DNA of 64,000 nt from Escherichia coli (GTDB lineage: Bacteria; Pseudomonadota; Gammaproteobacteria; Enterobacterales; Enterobacteriaceae). A program made the translations under genes and the position numbers. The notes beneath the pieces were generated by a model that made no database searches, was not told the DNA's origin, and saw only the letters and a list, made by a program, of their open reading frames with translations. Below are positions 23,728 to 35,247 of the stretch, piece by piece. Numbering within the stretch: the first letter of the stretch is position 1; the number at the start of each line of letters is the position of its first letter. The DNA is taken from assembly GCF_003018255.1 (NCBI RefSeq), contig NZ_CP027440.1. One strand, given 5' to 3'.

Positions 23728-23900
23728 GTAATTGCGATCAAAACTTTAATTTGGTGTGAAAAAGTGAGAGTTGCCTCGAGTACGATTCATTTTTCTCGAT
23801 TTATGCGTCAGGGGATTTTGTGCGTAAGGGTAGGACATCGGGAAGGGTAGCAGAGGCAGATCGAAGAACAATATCCTTGTTAGATCTGCCTTAAGATTAA

Positions 23901-25226
23901 TTAAACCCGGCTACCCCACAAATCGTACTCATCGGCGTGCTCGACTTTCACACGCAGGATATCACCCGGCTTAACGTTGGTTTCACCATTGAGATAAACC
24001 GCGCCGTCGATTTCCGGTGCATCTGCCATGCTGCGACCAATCGCACCTTCTTCGTCCACTTCGTCGATAATCACCAGAATTTCACGGCCCACTTTCTCTT
24101 GCAGGCGCTCGGCGGAAATCTGCTGCTGCAACTGCATGAAACGGTTCCAGCGTTCTTCTTTCACTTCTTCCGGAACCTGGTCAGGCAGGGCATTGGCGTC
24201 TGCACCTTCAACCGGGCTGTATTTAAAGCAGCCAACGCGATCCAGACGTGCTTCTTTCAGGAAGTCGAGTAGCATCTGGAAATCTTCTTCCGTCTCGCCA
24301 GGGAAGCCGACAATAAAGGTTGAGCGTAGGGTCAGTTCCGGGCAGATTTCGCGCCACTGTTTGATGCGCGCGAGTTGGCGATCTACAGAACCCGGACGCT
24401 TCATCAGTTTGAGAATGCGCGGGCTGGCGTGCTGCAACGGAATGTCCAGATAGGGCAGGATTTTGCCTTCTGCCATCAGTGGGATGACGTCGTCCACATG
24501 CGGATAAGGGTAAACGTAGTGCAGACGTGTCCAGATCCCCAGTTTCGATAACTGTTCGCACAGGCTGACCATGCTGGTTTTTACCGGCTCGCCGTTGTGG
24601 AAGCCAGTACGATGTTTAACATCGACGCCATAGGCGGAAGTATCCTGCGAGATCACCAGAATCTCTTTAACGCCCGCATCAACCAGACGTTTCGCTTCAC
24701 TTAACACTTCGCCAATCGGACGGCTCACTAGGTCGCCGCGCATAGACGGAATAATGCAGAAGGTGCAGCGGTGATTACAGCCTTCAGAAATTTTCAGATA
24801 GGCATAATGACGCGGCGTCAGTTTCACACCTTGTTCTGGCACCAGGCTCAGGAATGGGTTGTGTTTCGGTTTTGGCACGTAGTGATGAACGTGCTCCAGA
24901 ACCTGCTCATAGCTATGAGGCCCGGTGATTTCCAGCACTTTCGGGTGGACTTCGCGGATCTGATCTTCTTTTGCCCCCAGACAACCGGTCACAATTACCT
25001 TGCCGTTTTCATTCAACGCTTCACCAATGGCTTCCAGTGATTCTTGTACCGCGCTGTCAATAAAGCCGCAGGTGTTGACGATCACCATGTCCGCATCGTC
25101 ATAGCTCGGTACCACGTCATAACCTTCAGTGCGTAGTTCGGTGAGAATACGCTCTGAATCGACAAGGTTTTTCGGGCAGCCAAGGGAAACAAAGCCGATT
25201 TTCGGCTGGGGAGTTACTTTGCTCAT
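23901..25226 (-). CDS. rimO: Ribosomal protein S12 methylthiotransferase (radical SAM)
   Basis: 441-aa ORF; N-terminal MTTase domain; radical-SAM motif CNHRCTFC; C-terminal TRAM domain. Confidence 0.9.
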
Positions 25227-25438
25227 AGCTTAAAAAATATTCAGTTACAGTAAAGGTCAGGGCAGGGATTCTACAGAGTTCTGGATAAAATTTGTATCGC
25301 AATCTCATTCGCTGGCGGAGGCGAAGGAAATGTAAATTTTGTTAATTCGGCGTGAAGAATTGATCCTAGACAGCATTTTGCTCAAAAAATAGCCATACTA
25401 TTTAATTGCAACAAGGCTGGAAAGAGGAGGATCGAAGT

Positions 25439-25822
25439 ATGTTCGTTGACAGACAGCGAATCGATCTGCTGAACCGGTTGATCGACGCACGCGTTGACCT
25501 CGCCGCATACGTGCAACTGAGGAAGGCAAAAGGATACATGTCCGTCAGCGAAAGCAATCATCTACGAGATAACTTTTTTAAACTGAATCGCGAACTGCAC
25601 GATAAATCGCTGCGGTTGAATCTTCATCTGGATCAGGAAGAGTGGAGTGCTCTTCATCATGCTGAAGAAGCATTAGCGACAGCCGCAGTATGTTTGATGA
25701 GTGGGCACCATGATTGCCCGACTGTTATTACCGTCAACGCCGATAAGCTTGAAAATTGTCTGATGAGCTTAACGCTGAGTATCCAGAGCCTGCAGAAGCA
25801 CGCCATGCTTGAGAAGGCCTGA
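25439..25822 (+). CDS. bssR: Biofilm regulator BssR
   Basis: In-frame ATG giving MFVDRQRIDLLNRLIDARVDLAAYV (127 aa); the ORF track start at 25406 is an upstream extension. Confidence 0.8.
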   Translation: MFVDRQRIDLLNRLIDARVDLAAYVQLRKAKGYMSVSESNHLRDNFFKLNRELHDKSLRLNLHLDQEEWSALHHAEEALATAAVCLMSGHHDCPTVITVNADKLENCLMSLTLSIQSLQKHAMLEKA

Positions 25823-25932
25823 AAACTAAGGGGGAGAAAGCGTCTCTCCCTTCATGTTTAAGTTTTTGTAAAAATAAATTTGTTATCTCCTCCACTGACT
25901 ACGCTTTAAGCCAGAGTCAATCCGGAGGCGTT

Positions 25933-27048
25933 ATGCATCGACAATCCTTTTTCCTTGTGCCCCTTATTTGTCTTTCTTCCGCTCTCTGGGCGGCTCCTGC
26001 AACGGTAAATGTCGAAGTACTGCAGGACAAACTCGACCATCCCTGGGCGCTGGCCTTTTTACCCGACAATCACGGTATGTTAATCACTCTGCGCGGCGGC
26101 GAGTTGCGTCACTGGCAAGCAGGAAAAGGATTATCTGCGCCGCTTTCCGGAGTGCCGGACGTTTGGGCGCACGGGCAGGGCGGCCTGCTGGACGTGGTTT
26201 TAGCGCCCGATTTTGCTCAGTCGCGCCGCATCTGGTTAAGTTATTCCGAAGTTGGCGATGATGGCAAAGCCGGAACTGCTGTGGGTTATGGCCGCTTAAG
26301 TGATGATCTCTCAAAAGTGACCGACTTCCGCACCGTCTTTCGTCAGATGCCAAAACTGTCTACCGGCAACCATTTTGGCGGGCGGATGGTATTTGACGGT
26401 AAAGGTTATCTTTTTATTGCTCTGGGCGAAAACAATCAGCGCCCGACGGCGCAGGATCTGGATAAATTACAGGGCAAACTGGTGCGACTGACCGACCTGG
26501 GAGAAATCCCGGATGATAATCCTTTTATAAAGGAATCCGATGCACGCGCCGAGATCTGGTCTTATGGCATTCGTAATCCGCAAGGAATGGCGATGAATCC
26601 GTGGAGTAATGCACTATGGCTGAATGAACATGGCCCGCGCGGTGGCGATGAAATTAATATCCCGCAAAAAGGCAAAAACTACGGCTGGCCGCTGGCAACC
26701 TGGGGAATCAACTATTCAGGCTTTAAGATACCGGAGGCGAAAGGGGAGATCGTCGCCGGGACCGAGCAACCTGTTTTTTACTGGAAAGATTCGCCCGCCG
26801 TGAGCGGCATGGCCTTCTATAACAGCGACAAATTCCCCCAGTGGCAGCAAAAATTATTTATTGGCGCGCTGAAAGATAAAGATGTCATTGTGATGAGCGT
26901 CAACGGCGACAAAGTGACAGAAGATGGCCGTATTTTAACGGACAGAGGGCAGCGAATTCGTGATGTTCGCACTGGACCCGACGGTTATTTATACGTTCTC
27001 ACCGACGAGTCCAGTGGGGAATTACTTAAAGTTAGCCCACGCAATTAG
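25933..27048 (+). CDS. yliI: Soluble aldose sugar dehydrogenase (PQQ-dependent beta-propeller) with signal peptide
   Basis: 371-aa ORF; signal peptide [20 protein letters not shown]; 4-nt convergent overlap with gstB. Confidence 0.85.
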
Positions 27049-27671
27049 CTAACGGGAATCATCACCACTTTGCGCACTGCGGGGCGTTCAGTGAGTTGCT
27101 GATACCAGCGTTGCAGATTTGGACGCGGTGTCCAGGTCAGGCCAACGTTAAACAAATTGTAGATGAACGGTGCGATAGCGATATCGCCCACACCAAACTC
27201 GTCGCCTGAGAACCATTTTACTTTTGCCAGTTCCGCATCGAGCAGGGCAAACAGGGCGTCGCACTCTTTGCAACTGGCATCAATGGCGGCCTGATCGCGC
27301 TCTTCCGGTGGTGTTCTGACTAATCCCATCAGGATCCCGCGATGAGCATTACTGAGCGTCTGGTTTGCCCAGTCCATCCATTTTTCGGCTTCCGCACGAC
27401 GTGCCGGTGAGTCGATCCACAGGCGTTTTTGCCCGTACTGTGCCGCCAGATAGCGGACAATGGCGTTTGATTCCCAAAGAATGAGATCACTTTCGTCGTC
27501 ACGCAACAACGGCACCAGCCCGTTAGGGTTCATCGCCAGAAAATCAGCATCGTGATTTATCCCAAACTCACGGCCCGCGAGAATTTGCTCATAAGGTAGT
27601 TCCAGTTCTTCGAGCGTCAGCAATACTTTTTTTACGTTGGTTGAATTATTCCGACCCCACAGCGTAATCAT
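27045..27671 (-). CDS. gstB: Glutathione S-transferase
   Basis: About 208-aa ORF of GST fold (start probably the second ATG of the track ORF). Confidence 0.85.
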
Positions 27672-27917
27672 ACTCACCCCTTTTCCGACAGGCAGCCACA
27701 GGCTGAACAGGACTCCGATGGTGAAGTAAAGTTAACTTTTAAGCAACAGCTGGCAAAAAAATGACACCAGAAGCAGCGAAGCGGCAGGATATTGCATAAA
27801 CTTTAAAAACTTTACCAACTTACGGTTTCTTTAAGTTTGTGTGTGCGTTATTAATCACCGAACTTATCATACGGCGATATAACGTATTTTTTTTGAATGG
27901 ATACTCGGGTGGCATTT

Positions 27918-29120
27918 ATGACGCAATACTCCTCTCTCCTTCGTGGTCTTGCAGCGGGTTCTGCATTTTTATTCCTTTTTGCCCCAACGGCATTCGCGGC
28001 GGAACAAACCGTTGAAGCGCCGAGCGTGGATGCGCGTGCATGGATTTTAATGGATTACGCCAGCGGTAAAGTGCTGGCAGAAGGCAATGCGGATGAAAAA
28101 CTGGACCCCGCGAGCCTGACTAAAATCATGACCAGCTATGTGGTTGGGCAGGCGCTTAAGGCCGATAAGATTAAACTCACCGATATGGTGACGGTCGGTA
28201 AAGATGCCTGGGCGACGGGAAATCCGGCACTGCGTGGTTCATCGGTAATGTTCCTCAAACCGGGCGATCAGGTTTCGGTGGCAGACTTGAACAAAGGTGT
28301 GATTATCCAGTCCGGTAATGACGCCTGTATTGCGCTGGCTGATTACGTTGCCGGGAGCCAGGAGTCATTTATTGGTCTGATGAATGGTTATGCCAAAAAA
28401 CTGGGTCTGACCAACACTACCTTCCAGACGGTGCACGGTCTGGATGCGCCGGGGCAGTTCAGTACCGCGCGCGATATGGCATTGCTGGGTAAAGCATTGA
28501 TCCACGATGTGCCGGAAGAGTACGCCATTCATAAAGAGAAAGAGTTCACCTTCAACAAAATTCGTCAGCCTAACCGTAATCGTCTGCTGTGGAGCAGCAA
28601 TCTGAATGTTGATGGCATGAAGACAGGAACCACGGCAGGCGCGGGATATAATCTGGTTGCTTCGGCTACCCAGGGCGATATGCGTTTAATCTCCGTAGTG
28701 CTGGGGGCGAAAACTGACCGTATCCGTTTTAATGAGTCTGAGAAATTATTGACCTGGGGCTTCCGTTTCTTTGAAACCGTGACGCCAATTAAACCTGATG
28801 CCACATTTGTGACTCAGCGCGTCTGGTTTGGTGATAAGAGCGAAGTGAATCTCGGGGCAGGCGAAGCGGGCTCAGTGACCATACCGCGTGGGCAGCTGAA
28901 AAACCTGAAGGCGAGTTATACGTTAACGGAACCGCAGCTTACCGCACCGCTGAAAAAAGGTCAGGTTGTCGGCACCATTGATTTCCAGCTTAACGGTAAA
29001 TCCATTGAGCAGCGTCCGCTGATCGTGATGGAAAATGTGGAAGAGGGCGGATTCTTTGGTCGGATGTGGGATTTCGTGATGATGAAATTCCATCAGTGGT
29101 TCGGCAGCTGGTTCTCTTAA
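27918..29120 (+). CDS. dacC: D-alanyl-D-alanine carboxypeptidase (PBP6)
   Basis: Start giving [27 protein letters not shown] (signal peptide); SxxK active-site motif (SLTK); SGN motif. Confidence 0.9.
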   Translation: MTQYSSLLRGLAAGSAFLFLFAPTAFAAEQTVEAPSVDARAWILMDYASGKVLAEGNADEKLDPASLTKIMTSYVVGQALKADKIKLTDMVTVGKDAWATGNPALRGSSVMFLKPGDQVSVADLNKGVIIQSGNDACIALADYVAGSQESFIGLMNGYAKKLGLTNTTFQTVHGLDAPGQFSTARDMALLGKALIHDVPEEYAIHKEKEFTFNKIRQPNRNRLLWSSNLNVDGMKTGTTAGAGYNLVASATQGDMRLISVVLGAKTDRIRFNESEKLLTWGFRFFETVTPIKPDATFVTQRVWFGDKSEVNLGAGEAGSVTIPRGQLKNLKASYTLTEPQLTAPLKKGQVVGTIDFQLNGKSIEQRPLIVMENVEEGGFFGRMWDFVMMKFHQWFGSWFS

Positions 29121-29129
29121 TCTTCTGAT

Positions 29130-29158
29130 AACCGGATGGCGCGAAACGTCATCCGGTT
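29130..29158. terminator. Hairpin between convergent dacC and deoR
   Basis: Stem AACCGGATG / CATCCGGTT with a 12-nt loop; weak flanking U-tracts. Confidence 0.5.
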
Positions 29159-29166
29159 ATACGTCA

Positions 29167-29925
29167 TTAATACATCAACTTAATACGCTGCGTCTGCGCG
29201 TACTTCACATACTCATCTTCCGGGCAACAATCGCTCACAACAATATCAAAGCGTTTCAGGTCACCCATGCGCGCCGGACGCACCTTGCCAAATTTACTGT
29301 GGTCGACAACCAGCACATGCTTTTGCGCCATCGACATGGCCCAGTGTTTTACCGGCAACTCTTCAAGATTAAAGCAGGTAGCGCCTTTACTGACATGCAC
29401 GCCCGCAGCGGAATAAAAAGCGATATCCGGGCAAAAATTATTCAGCGTTTGCTGAAAATCGATGGGTTTGAAAATGGCGTTGCTGGCGTGAAATTCACCA
29501 CCGCAAAGAAACGCGCGGCAATGGGGTTTCTCTTTCAGCGCCAGAAAGGTATTTAGCGAATAACAAACGGCGGTAAAAGGGATTTCATTATCAATTGCTT
29601 CAATAATCCACGGCGTGGTGGTGCCACAGTCAAAAAAGAGGGTCTGATCGGGTTCTACCAGCGTCGCAGCCAGTTTTGCCGCCCGGCGTTTTTCTTCCAC
29701 CAGGCGGGATTTTTGATCGCTTAACAGGTAATGGCTGGCGCTGCGTGGTTCCAGAACAATATAGCCGCCGAGCAAAACGACGGGCGCACTGTGGTTGTTC
29801 AGATCGCGACGAATCGTCATCTCCGAAACCCCAAGCAGGGCGGCGGCGTCTTTAAGATGTAACTTATCACTGCGTTTTAATTCTTGCAGCAGCTGCCCGA
29901 TACGCTCTTCGCGACGTGTTTCCAT
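29167..29925 (-). CDS. deoR: DeoR-family transcriptional repressor
   Basis: 252-aa ORF with N-terminal HTH (LKDAAALLGVSEMTIRRDL) and C-terminal sugar-phosphate-binding domain. Confidence 0.9.
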   Translation of the reverse strand: METRREERIGQLLQELKRSDKLHLKDAAALLGVSEMTIRRDLNNHSAPVVLLGGYIVLEPRSASHYLLSDQKSRLVEEKRRAAKLAATLVEPDQTLFFDCGTTTPWIIEAIDNEIPFTAVCYSLNTFLALKEKPHCRAFLCGGEFHASNAIFKPIDFQQTLNNFCPDIAFYSAAGVHVSKGATCFNLEELPVKHWAMSMAQKHVLVVDHSKFGKVRPARMGDLKRFDIVVSDCCPEDEYVKYAQTQRIKLMY

Positions 29926-29982
29926 AATCCCTCTGAATAGTTATTGAAGCGAGCCGCTCAATACTACACTTTTTAGCAGAGA

Positions 29983-30579
29983 TCAGTCACGCACCCAGCC
30001 TTTGCGGATCGGTAATGCAAAACAGAAGCGATACCACGATTGCAGACGTTGATAGAGTTTATGCCCCATCGCTTGCCAGATAATCTGGGCGCTAAGGCAG
30101 CCAATCATACCTGCCAGCAATCCACCGAGCATATCCAGCGGCCAGTGGACGCCAAGATAAACGCGCGACCAGGCAATGACGACGGCCAGCACCATTAAAA
30201 GTGAGCCGGACCACAGGCGATGCCAGCATAAAAATGCCAGTGCAAAGGTGAAAATCACCGTACCGTGATCGCTCGGGAATGAGTCATCCGCCGCATGATG
30301 CAGGAAGTTATAGCCGATATTTTCGACAAAGGGTCGGTCGTGCGGAAAAAGATGCCCCATCGACCAGGACACAAACAGGCTGACCGCCAGCGCGATAGCG
30401 ATTTTTATCACCAGTTGCCGTTGTGCTGTAAGCCCCCACAGCCAAAGTACCGCGGCCAGCAACGGCACCACGGTAATCAAATCTTTTGCAATAAAAATCG
30501 CCAACGAGATCATCCACGGCGCAGAGTCTGGCGTCGCGTTAATAAGAGAGAATAGAGAGAGATTCAAATTTTCCAGCAT
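29983..30579 (-). CDS. ybjG: Undecaprenyl-pyrophosphate phosphatase (PAP2 family)
   Basis: About 198-aa multi-TM ORF with PAP2 motifs (SFPSDHG). Confidence 0.85.
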   Translation of the reverse strand: MLENLNLSLFSLINATPDSAPWMISLAIFIAKDLITVVPLLAAVLWLWGLTAQRQLVIKIAIALAVSLFVSWSMGHLFPHDRPFVENIGYNFLHHAADDSFPSDHGTVIFTFALAFLCWHRLWSGSLLMVLAVVIAWSRVYLGVHWPLDMLGGLLAGMIGCLSAQIIWQAMGHKLYQRLQSWYRFCFALPIRKGWVRD

Positions 30580-30863
30580 AACTTCCCGACGCAAAGTGAT
30601 TAAAAGGGAGCCAATACAGGCAAGTCGTTGAGAATAAAGTGCAGGTTAAACTGGGTAAAGCGGCATCGTCTTATTTCCCTCAAGCGGCCTGTTTACGGTG
30701 GGTGATTGTAACGGGCAAAGGTTAAATAAAACTTAAAGAAAGCGTAGCTATACTCGCAATAATGTAAGAATGTGCTTAACCGTGGTTTCAGCTACAAAAT
30801 TCGCTTTCTCGTTAGCTGCGCTTTTATTAAACTTTGCGCGATTATTATTGGCGAAGAAATTGC

Positions 30864-32096
30864 ATGCAAAATAAATTAGCTTCCGGTGCCAGGCTTGGAC
30901 GTCAGGCGTTACTTTTCCCTCTCTGTCTGGTGCTTTACGAATTTTCAACCTATATCGGCAACGATATGATTCAACCCGGTATGTTGGCCGTGGTGGAACA
31001 ATATCAGGCGGGCATTGATTGGGTTCCTACTTCGATGACTGCGTATCTGGCGGGCGGGATGTTTTTACAATGGCTCCTGGGGCCGTTGTCGGATCGTATT
31101 GGCCGCCGTCCGGTGATGCTGGCGGGAGTGGTGTGGTTTATCGTCACCTGTCTGGCAATATTACTGGCGCAAAACATTGAACAATTCACCCTGTTGCGCT
31201 TCTTGCAGGGCATAAGCCTCTGTTTCATTGGCGCTGTGGGATACGCCGCAATTCAGGAATCCTTCGAAGAGGCGGTTTGTATCAAGATCACCGCGCTAAT
31301 GGCGAACGTGGCGCTGATTGCTCCACTACTTGGTCCGCTGGTGGGCGCGGCGTGGATCCATGTGCTGCCCTGGGAAGGGATGTTTGTCTTGTTTGCCGCA
31401 TTGGCAGCGATCTCCTTTTTCGGTCTGCAACGAGCCATGCCTGAAACCGCCACGCGTATAGGCGAGAAACTGTCGCTGAAAGAACTCGGTCGTGACTATA
31501 AGCTGGTGCTGAAGAACGGCCGCTTTGTGGCGGGGGCGCTGGCGCTGGGATTCGTTAGCCTGCCGTTGTTGGCGTGGATCGCCCAGTCGCCGATTATCAT
31601 TATTACCGGTGAGCAGTTGAGCAGCTATGAATATGGCTTGCTGCAAGTGCCTATTTTCGGGGCGTTAATTGCGGGTAACTTGCTGTTAGCGCGTCTGACC
31701 TCGCGCCGCACCGTACGTTCGCTGATTATTATGGGCGGCTGGCCGATTATGATTGGTCTGTTGGTCGCTGCTGCGGCAACGGTTATCTCATCGCACGCGT
31801 ATTTATGGATGACCGCCGGGTTAAGTATTTATGCTTTCGGTATTGGTCTGGCGAATGCGGGACTGGTGCGATTAACCCTGTTTGCCAGCGATATGAGTAA
31901 AGGTACGGTTTCTGCGGCGATGGGGATGCTGCAAATGCTGATCTTTACCGTCGGTATTGAAATCAGCAAACATGTCTGGCTGAACGGGGGCAACGGACTG
32001 TTTAATCTCTTCAACCTTGTCAACGGAATTTTGTGGCTGTTGCTGATGGTTATCTTTTTAAAAGATAAACAGATGGGAAATTCGCACGAAGGGTAA
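30864..32096 (+). CDS. mdfA: MFS multidrug efflux transporter
   Basis: ATG giving [27 protein letters not shown] (410 aa); 12-TM MFS. Confidence 0.9.
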   Translation: MQNKLASGARLGRQALLFPLCLVLYEFSTYIGNDMIQPGMLAVVEQYQAGIDWVPTSMTAYLAGGMFLQWLLGPLSDRIGRRPVMLAGVVWFIVTCLAILLAQNIEQFTLLRFLQGISLCFIGAVGYAAIQESFEEAVCIKITALMANVALIAPLLGPLVGAAWIHVLPWEGMFVLFAALAAISFFGLQRAMPETATRIGEKLSLKELGRDYKLVLKNGRFVAGALALGFVSLPLLAWIAQSPIIIITGEQLSSYEYGLLQVPIFGALIAGNLLLARLTSRRTVRSLIIMGGWPIMIGLLVAAAATVISSHAYLWMTAGLSIYAFGIGLANAGLVRLTLFASDMSKGTVSAAMGMLQMLIFTVGIEISKHVWLNGGNGLFNLFNLVNGILWLLLMVIFLKDKQMGNSHEG

Positions 32097-32133
32097 AAAA
32101 ATGCCTGATTGCTTTGTGCGATCAGGCATTCTC
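32097..32133. terminator. Bidirectional intrinsic terminator between convergent mdfA and ybjH
   Basis: A-run, then stem AATGCCTGAT / ATCAGGCATT; strong U-tract on the minus-strand reading. Confidence 0.7.
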
Positions 32134-32136
32134 GAA

Positions 32137-32421
32137 TTAATGGTGATGGTCGTCAATCTGGTGTTCGATAACCATCCCTTCACCTACGCTGGCAAGATGG
32201 CGAACATAAGGATGCGGGCGGTAAGCCGGAGCTGGCGCAGGAGCCACATAGACGGTTTGCGGCACAGTCGCGACGCTGACCGCTTGTGGAACGCTGACTG
32301 AATCAGGAACCACAACCACTTTGTATCCACTCGGCACATCGACGGTGACACTTTGCGCCATCGCCACACCAGTAAAGCCCATTAAAAGCGCGCCCAACAG
32401 TAGACAATTTTTCATAATCAT
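32137..32421 (-). CDS. ybjH: Small secreted protein of unknown function
   Basis: 94-aa ORF with signal peptide MIMKNCLLLGALLMGFTGVAMA. Confidence 0.75.
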   Translation of the reverse strand: MIMKNCLLLGALLMGFTGVAMAQSVTVDVPSGYKVVVVPDSVSVPQAVSVATVPQTVYVAPAPAPAYRPHPYVRHLASVGEGMVIEHQIDDHHH

Positions 32422-32505
32422 TTCGCCTGAAATAATGCAGCGGGTTAATTTCCGCGAATTATGCAGCCTTCATTCAGGTATTGTGTTGCCGGGCGTGCTG
32501 CCGTT

Positions 32506-33321
32506 TTATTGGTTAAATGGCGCTTCGTGTTTAAGCACTTTATCGATCACATCCAGTACGCCTTCACGGTTATTGGAGCCTGCCCGGTATTTTGCCGCTG
32601 CGACGACCGCGCTGCCGGCATTTTCCATTGCAAAACTAAAGCCTGCCTGACGCAGCATCTCAATATCGTTACCGCCATCGCCAAAGACCACCACTTCGCT
32701 GTCGTCTATTCCCCATAATTTCTGCAGTTGGCGAAGGCCATTGGCTTTATGTACGCCGGGGATAATCAGATCGATGCTGCCGTTGCCGGTGTGGACCGGC
32801 ACCATAATATCGCCGATGGCCTCATGTAATGCTTTTTGTACTTGTGGAATCAGTTCATCGGAAAGATTCAGACCAAACTTAAAGAAGATATCTTCTAAGT
32901 TGTCAAAGTTATCGACGTATTCCAGACGGTGATAATACATTTCCGCCACCGTTTTCATGGCATCGTCATATTTTTTGAGTGTATAGGCGCTATTTTTTCC
33001 GCAGGCAATAATTTCCACTTCCGGGCGCGTCAGCAAATGTTCCACGACAGTAGAAAACGCATCCTTCGACAGCTCGCCATTAAAAACATCTTTGCCTTCG
33101 CTCACTACCCAGCCGCCGTTTTCAGCCACAAAGGCTATTTCATTAGCAATTTCCGGAAAGAAAGAGATCAACTGATAATATTGATTCCCGCTGGCGACCA
33201 CAAAGCGAATGCCTTGTGCTTTCATTTGCTGATACTGAGCCATAAACCGCTCACGGTTATAGGTTTTTTGATCGCTTAAGAAAGTACCATCCATGTCTAC
33301 CGCAATTAATTTAATGCTCAT
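32506..33321 (-). CDS. ybjI: HAD-superfamily (Cof-type) phosphatase
   Basis: DMDGTF and GDGGND HAD motifs; close paralog of ybiV; overlaps the ybjJ stop. Confidence 0.9.
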   Translation of the reverse strand: MSIKLIAVDMDGTFLSDQKTYNRERFMAQYQQMKAQGIRFVVASGNQYYQLISFFPEIANEIAFVAENGGWVVSEGKDVFNGELSKDAFSTVVEHLLTRPEVEIIACGKNSAYTLKKYDDAMKTVAEMYYHRLEYVDNFDNLEDIFFKFGLNLSDELIPQVQKALHEAIGDIMVPVHTGNGSIDLIIPGVHKANGLRQLQKLWGIDDSEVVVFGDGGNDIEMLRQAGFSFAMENAGSAVVAAAKYRAGSNNREGVLDVIDKVLKHEAPFNQ

Positions 33322-34529
33322 CAACTATTCTCCATCGCCGTCTGCGTTTTGGTATCGGGTTTGGCGACGGCTTTCGCGACAATAGCCGCGAGAATAACCA
33401 GCGCCAGTACAACCAGCATTGCACTACGTAATCCATAATGTTCGCCGAGATAGCCCAGCAGTGGCGGCCCGACGAGGAAAGCCAGATAACCGGTCGTAGC
33501 TACCACGCTGACGCGGGTTGGTGCATCGGGGCCGGTATCGCTGGCGGCAGAAATGGTCAGCGGGAAGCCCAACGAGGCACCCAGTCCCCAAAGTACAACA
33601 GACACCCCAGCAACCCAGGCGCTATCGACAAAAATAATCAGCCCAATACCCAACGCCCCCATTAGTGCACTGGCCCGAACCACGGCAACGCGACTGTAAC
33701 GGTCAATGAACCAACCGCCGGTAAAGCGTCCAACGGTCATCCCCAGGGTAAAACCGGCATAAATCAGCGAGCCGGAAGTAGGGCTAAAACCGTGACCGTC
33801 AACCATTAATAAGGGTAACCAGTCGTTGGCAGAACCTTCGGCAAAGGCCATCGCCAGCACCACAACACCAATCAGCAGCAACTGGATATCGCGATAAAAA
33901 GGTACGCCTTTTTCACCATGCTGGGTGCCATCGGCAGCATTTTTGCCCGTACCATCAGGGATTGCCTGAATGGCGATATAAATAGGCGCGATGCCTACCA
34001 GCGCCGCCAATAAAATGTGCACCGTTGCCGGAACGCCAAAGGCCGTTAGTGCCATCCCGACACCAGCGCCTGCCAGCGTGCCCAGGCTATAAAAACCGTG
34101 CATCATCGGCAAAACCGTCTTATTCATTTCTCGCTCAACGGCAGCACCTTCAACGTTTATCGCCACTTCCGCAGAACCAAAACTTGCCCCAAAGACGCCG
34201 AGACCAACCGCGAAGAGCAGGGGCGATGTCAGCCAGAGTGCCAGACTTAGTATCATCATCCCGATCAATGCGCAGGACATCGTGACCAGGATGACATTAC
34301 GCGTCCCAAAGCGTTTCACTAACCACGCCGAGCAGAGAATACCGCTCATTGAACCGATCGACAGACCAAAGAGGACTCCGCCCATTTCAGCGATCGAAAC
34401 AGAAAGAATATCGCGGATAGCAGGCGTACGGGTTGCCCAGGACGCCATTAACAGGCCTGGCAAAAAGAAGAACATAAACAGCGCCCAGGTTCGGCGTTTC
34501 AATGCATTACGTGAAGAATTTACGGTCAT
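33321..34529 (-). CDS. ybjJ: MFS-type inner membrane transporter
   Basis: 402-aa multi-TM ORF. Confidence 0.85.
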
Positions 34530-34612
34530 AGATCACGTCAAAATAAGAAGAGGGAAGACAACATTAGCAAGGTTGTGTACATTTGTACACAATTGCAGAG
34601 AGAGGAAATGAC

Positions 34613-35149
34613 ATGCGTCGCGCTAACGATCCGCAACGGCGAGAAAAAATTATCCAGGCCACGCTGGAGGCGGTGAAACTTTATGGAATACATGCTGTTA
34701 CGCACCGCAAAATTGCTACCCTTGCCGGGGTACCGTTGGGGTCGATGACCTACTATTTTTCAGGAATTGATGAGTTGTTGCTGGAGGCGTTCAGCAGTTT
34801 TACTGAGATCATGTCCCGGCAATATCAGGCATTTTTTAGCGATGTTAGTGATGCTCCGGGCGCATGCCAGGCTATCACCGATATGATTTACAGCTCACAG
34901 GTTGCAACGCCGGATAACATGGAGCTGATGTACCAGCTCTACGCGCTGGCTAGCCGAAAACCGCTATTAAAAACGGTAATGCAAAACTGGATGCAGCGCA
35001 GTCAGCAAACGCTCGAACAATGGTTTGAACCCGGAACCGCCCGCGCGCTTGATGCGTTTATTGAGGGGATGACGCTGCATTTTGTCACCGACCGTAAGCC
35101 GCTATCGCGCGAGGAGATTTTGAGGATGGTTGAGAGGGTTGCAGGGTAG
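34613..35149 (+). CDS. rcdA: TetR-family transcriptional regulator
   Basis: ATG giving [21 protein letters not shown] (178 aa); N-terminal TetR HTH. Confidence 0.85.
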
Positions 35150-35168
35150 TAGATAAATTTTAGACAAC

Positions 35169-35247
35169 AAAAAACCCACCAACCTTGAACCGAAATGGCG
35201 GGGTTGATGGGCTCCACAAAATGGGGACATCAAAGAAAAGCAGTGGC
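35169..35247 (-). ncRNA. rybB: RybB small RNA (sigma-E-dependent, Hfq-binding)
   Basis: Minus-strand read GCCACTGCTTTTCTTTGATGTCCCCATTTTGTGGAGCCCATCAACCCCGCCATTTCGGTTCAAGGTTGGTGGGTTTTTT matches RybB, including the terminator hairpin and U-tail. Confidence 0.9.

Noticed and set aside
22901-23900. Possibility that the cassette is a classical mobile element (IS, integron cassette or prophage remnant)
   Set aside because: No transposase, integrase, terminal inverted repeats of IS type, attC-like site or tRNA was seen; only an 8-bp direct repeat and a hairpin mark the edges. It is better described as a small accessory module than as a mobile element.
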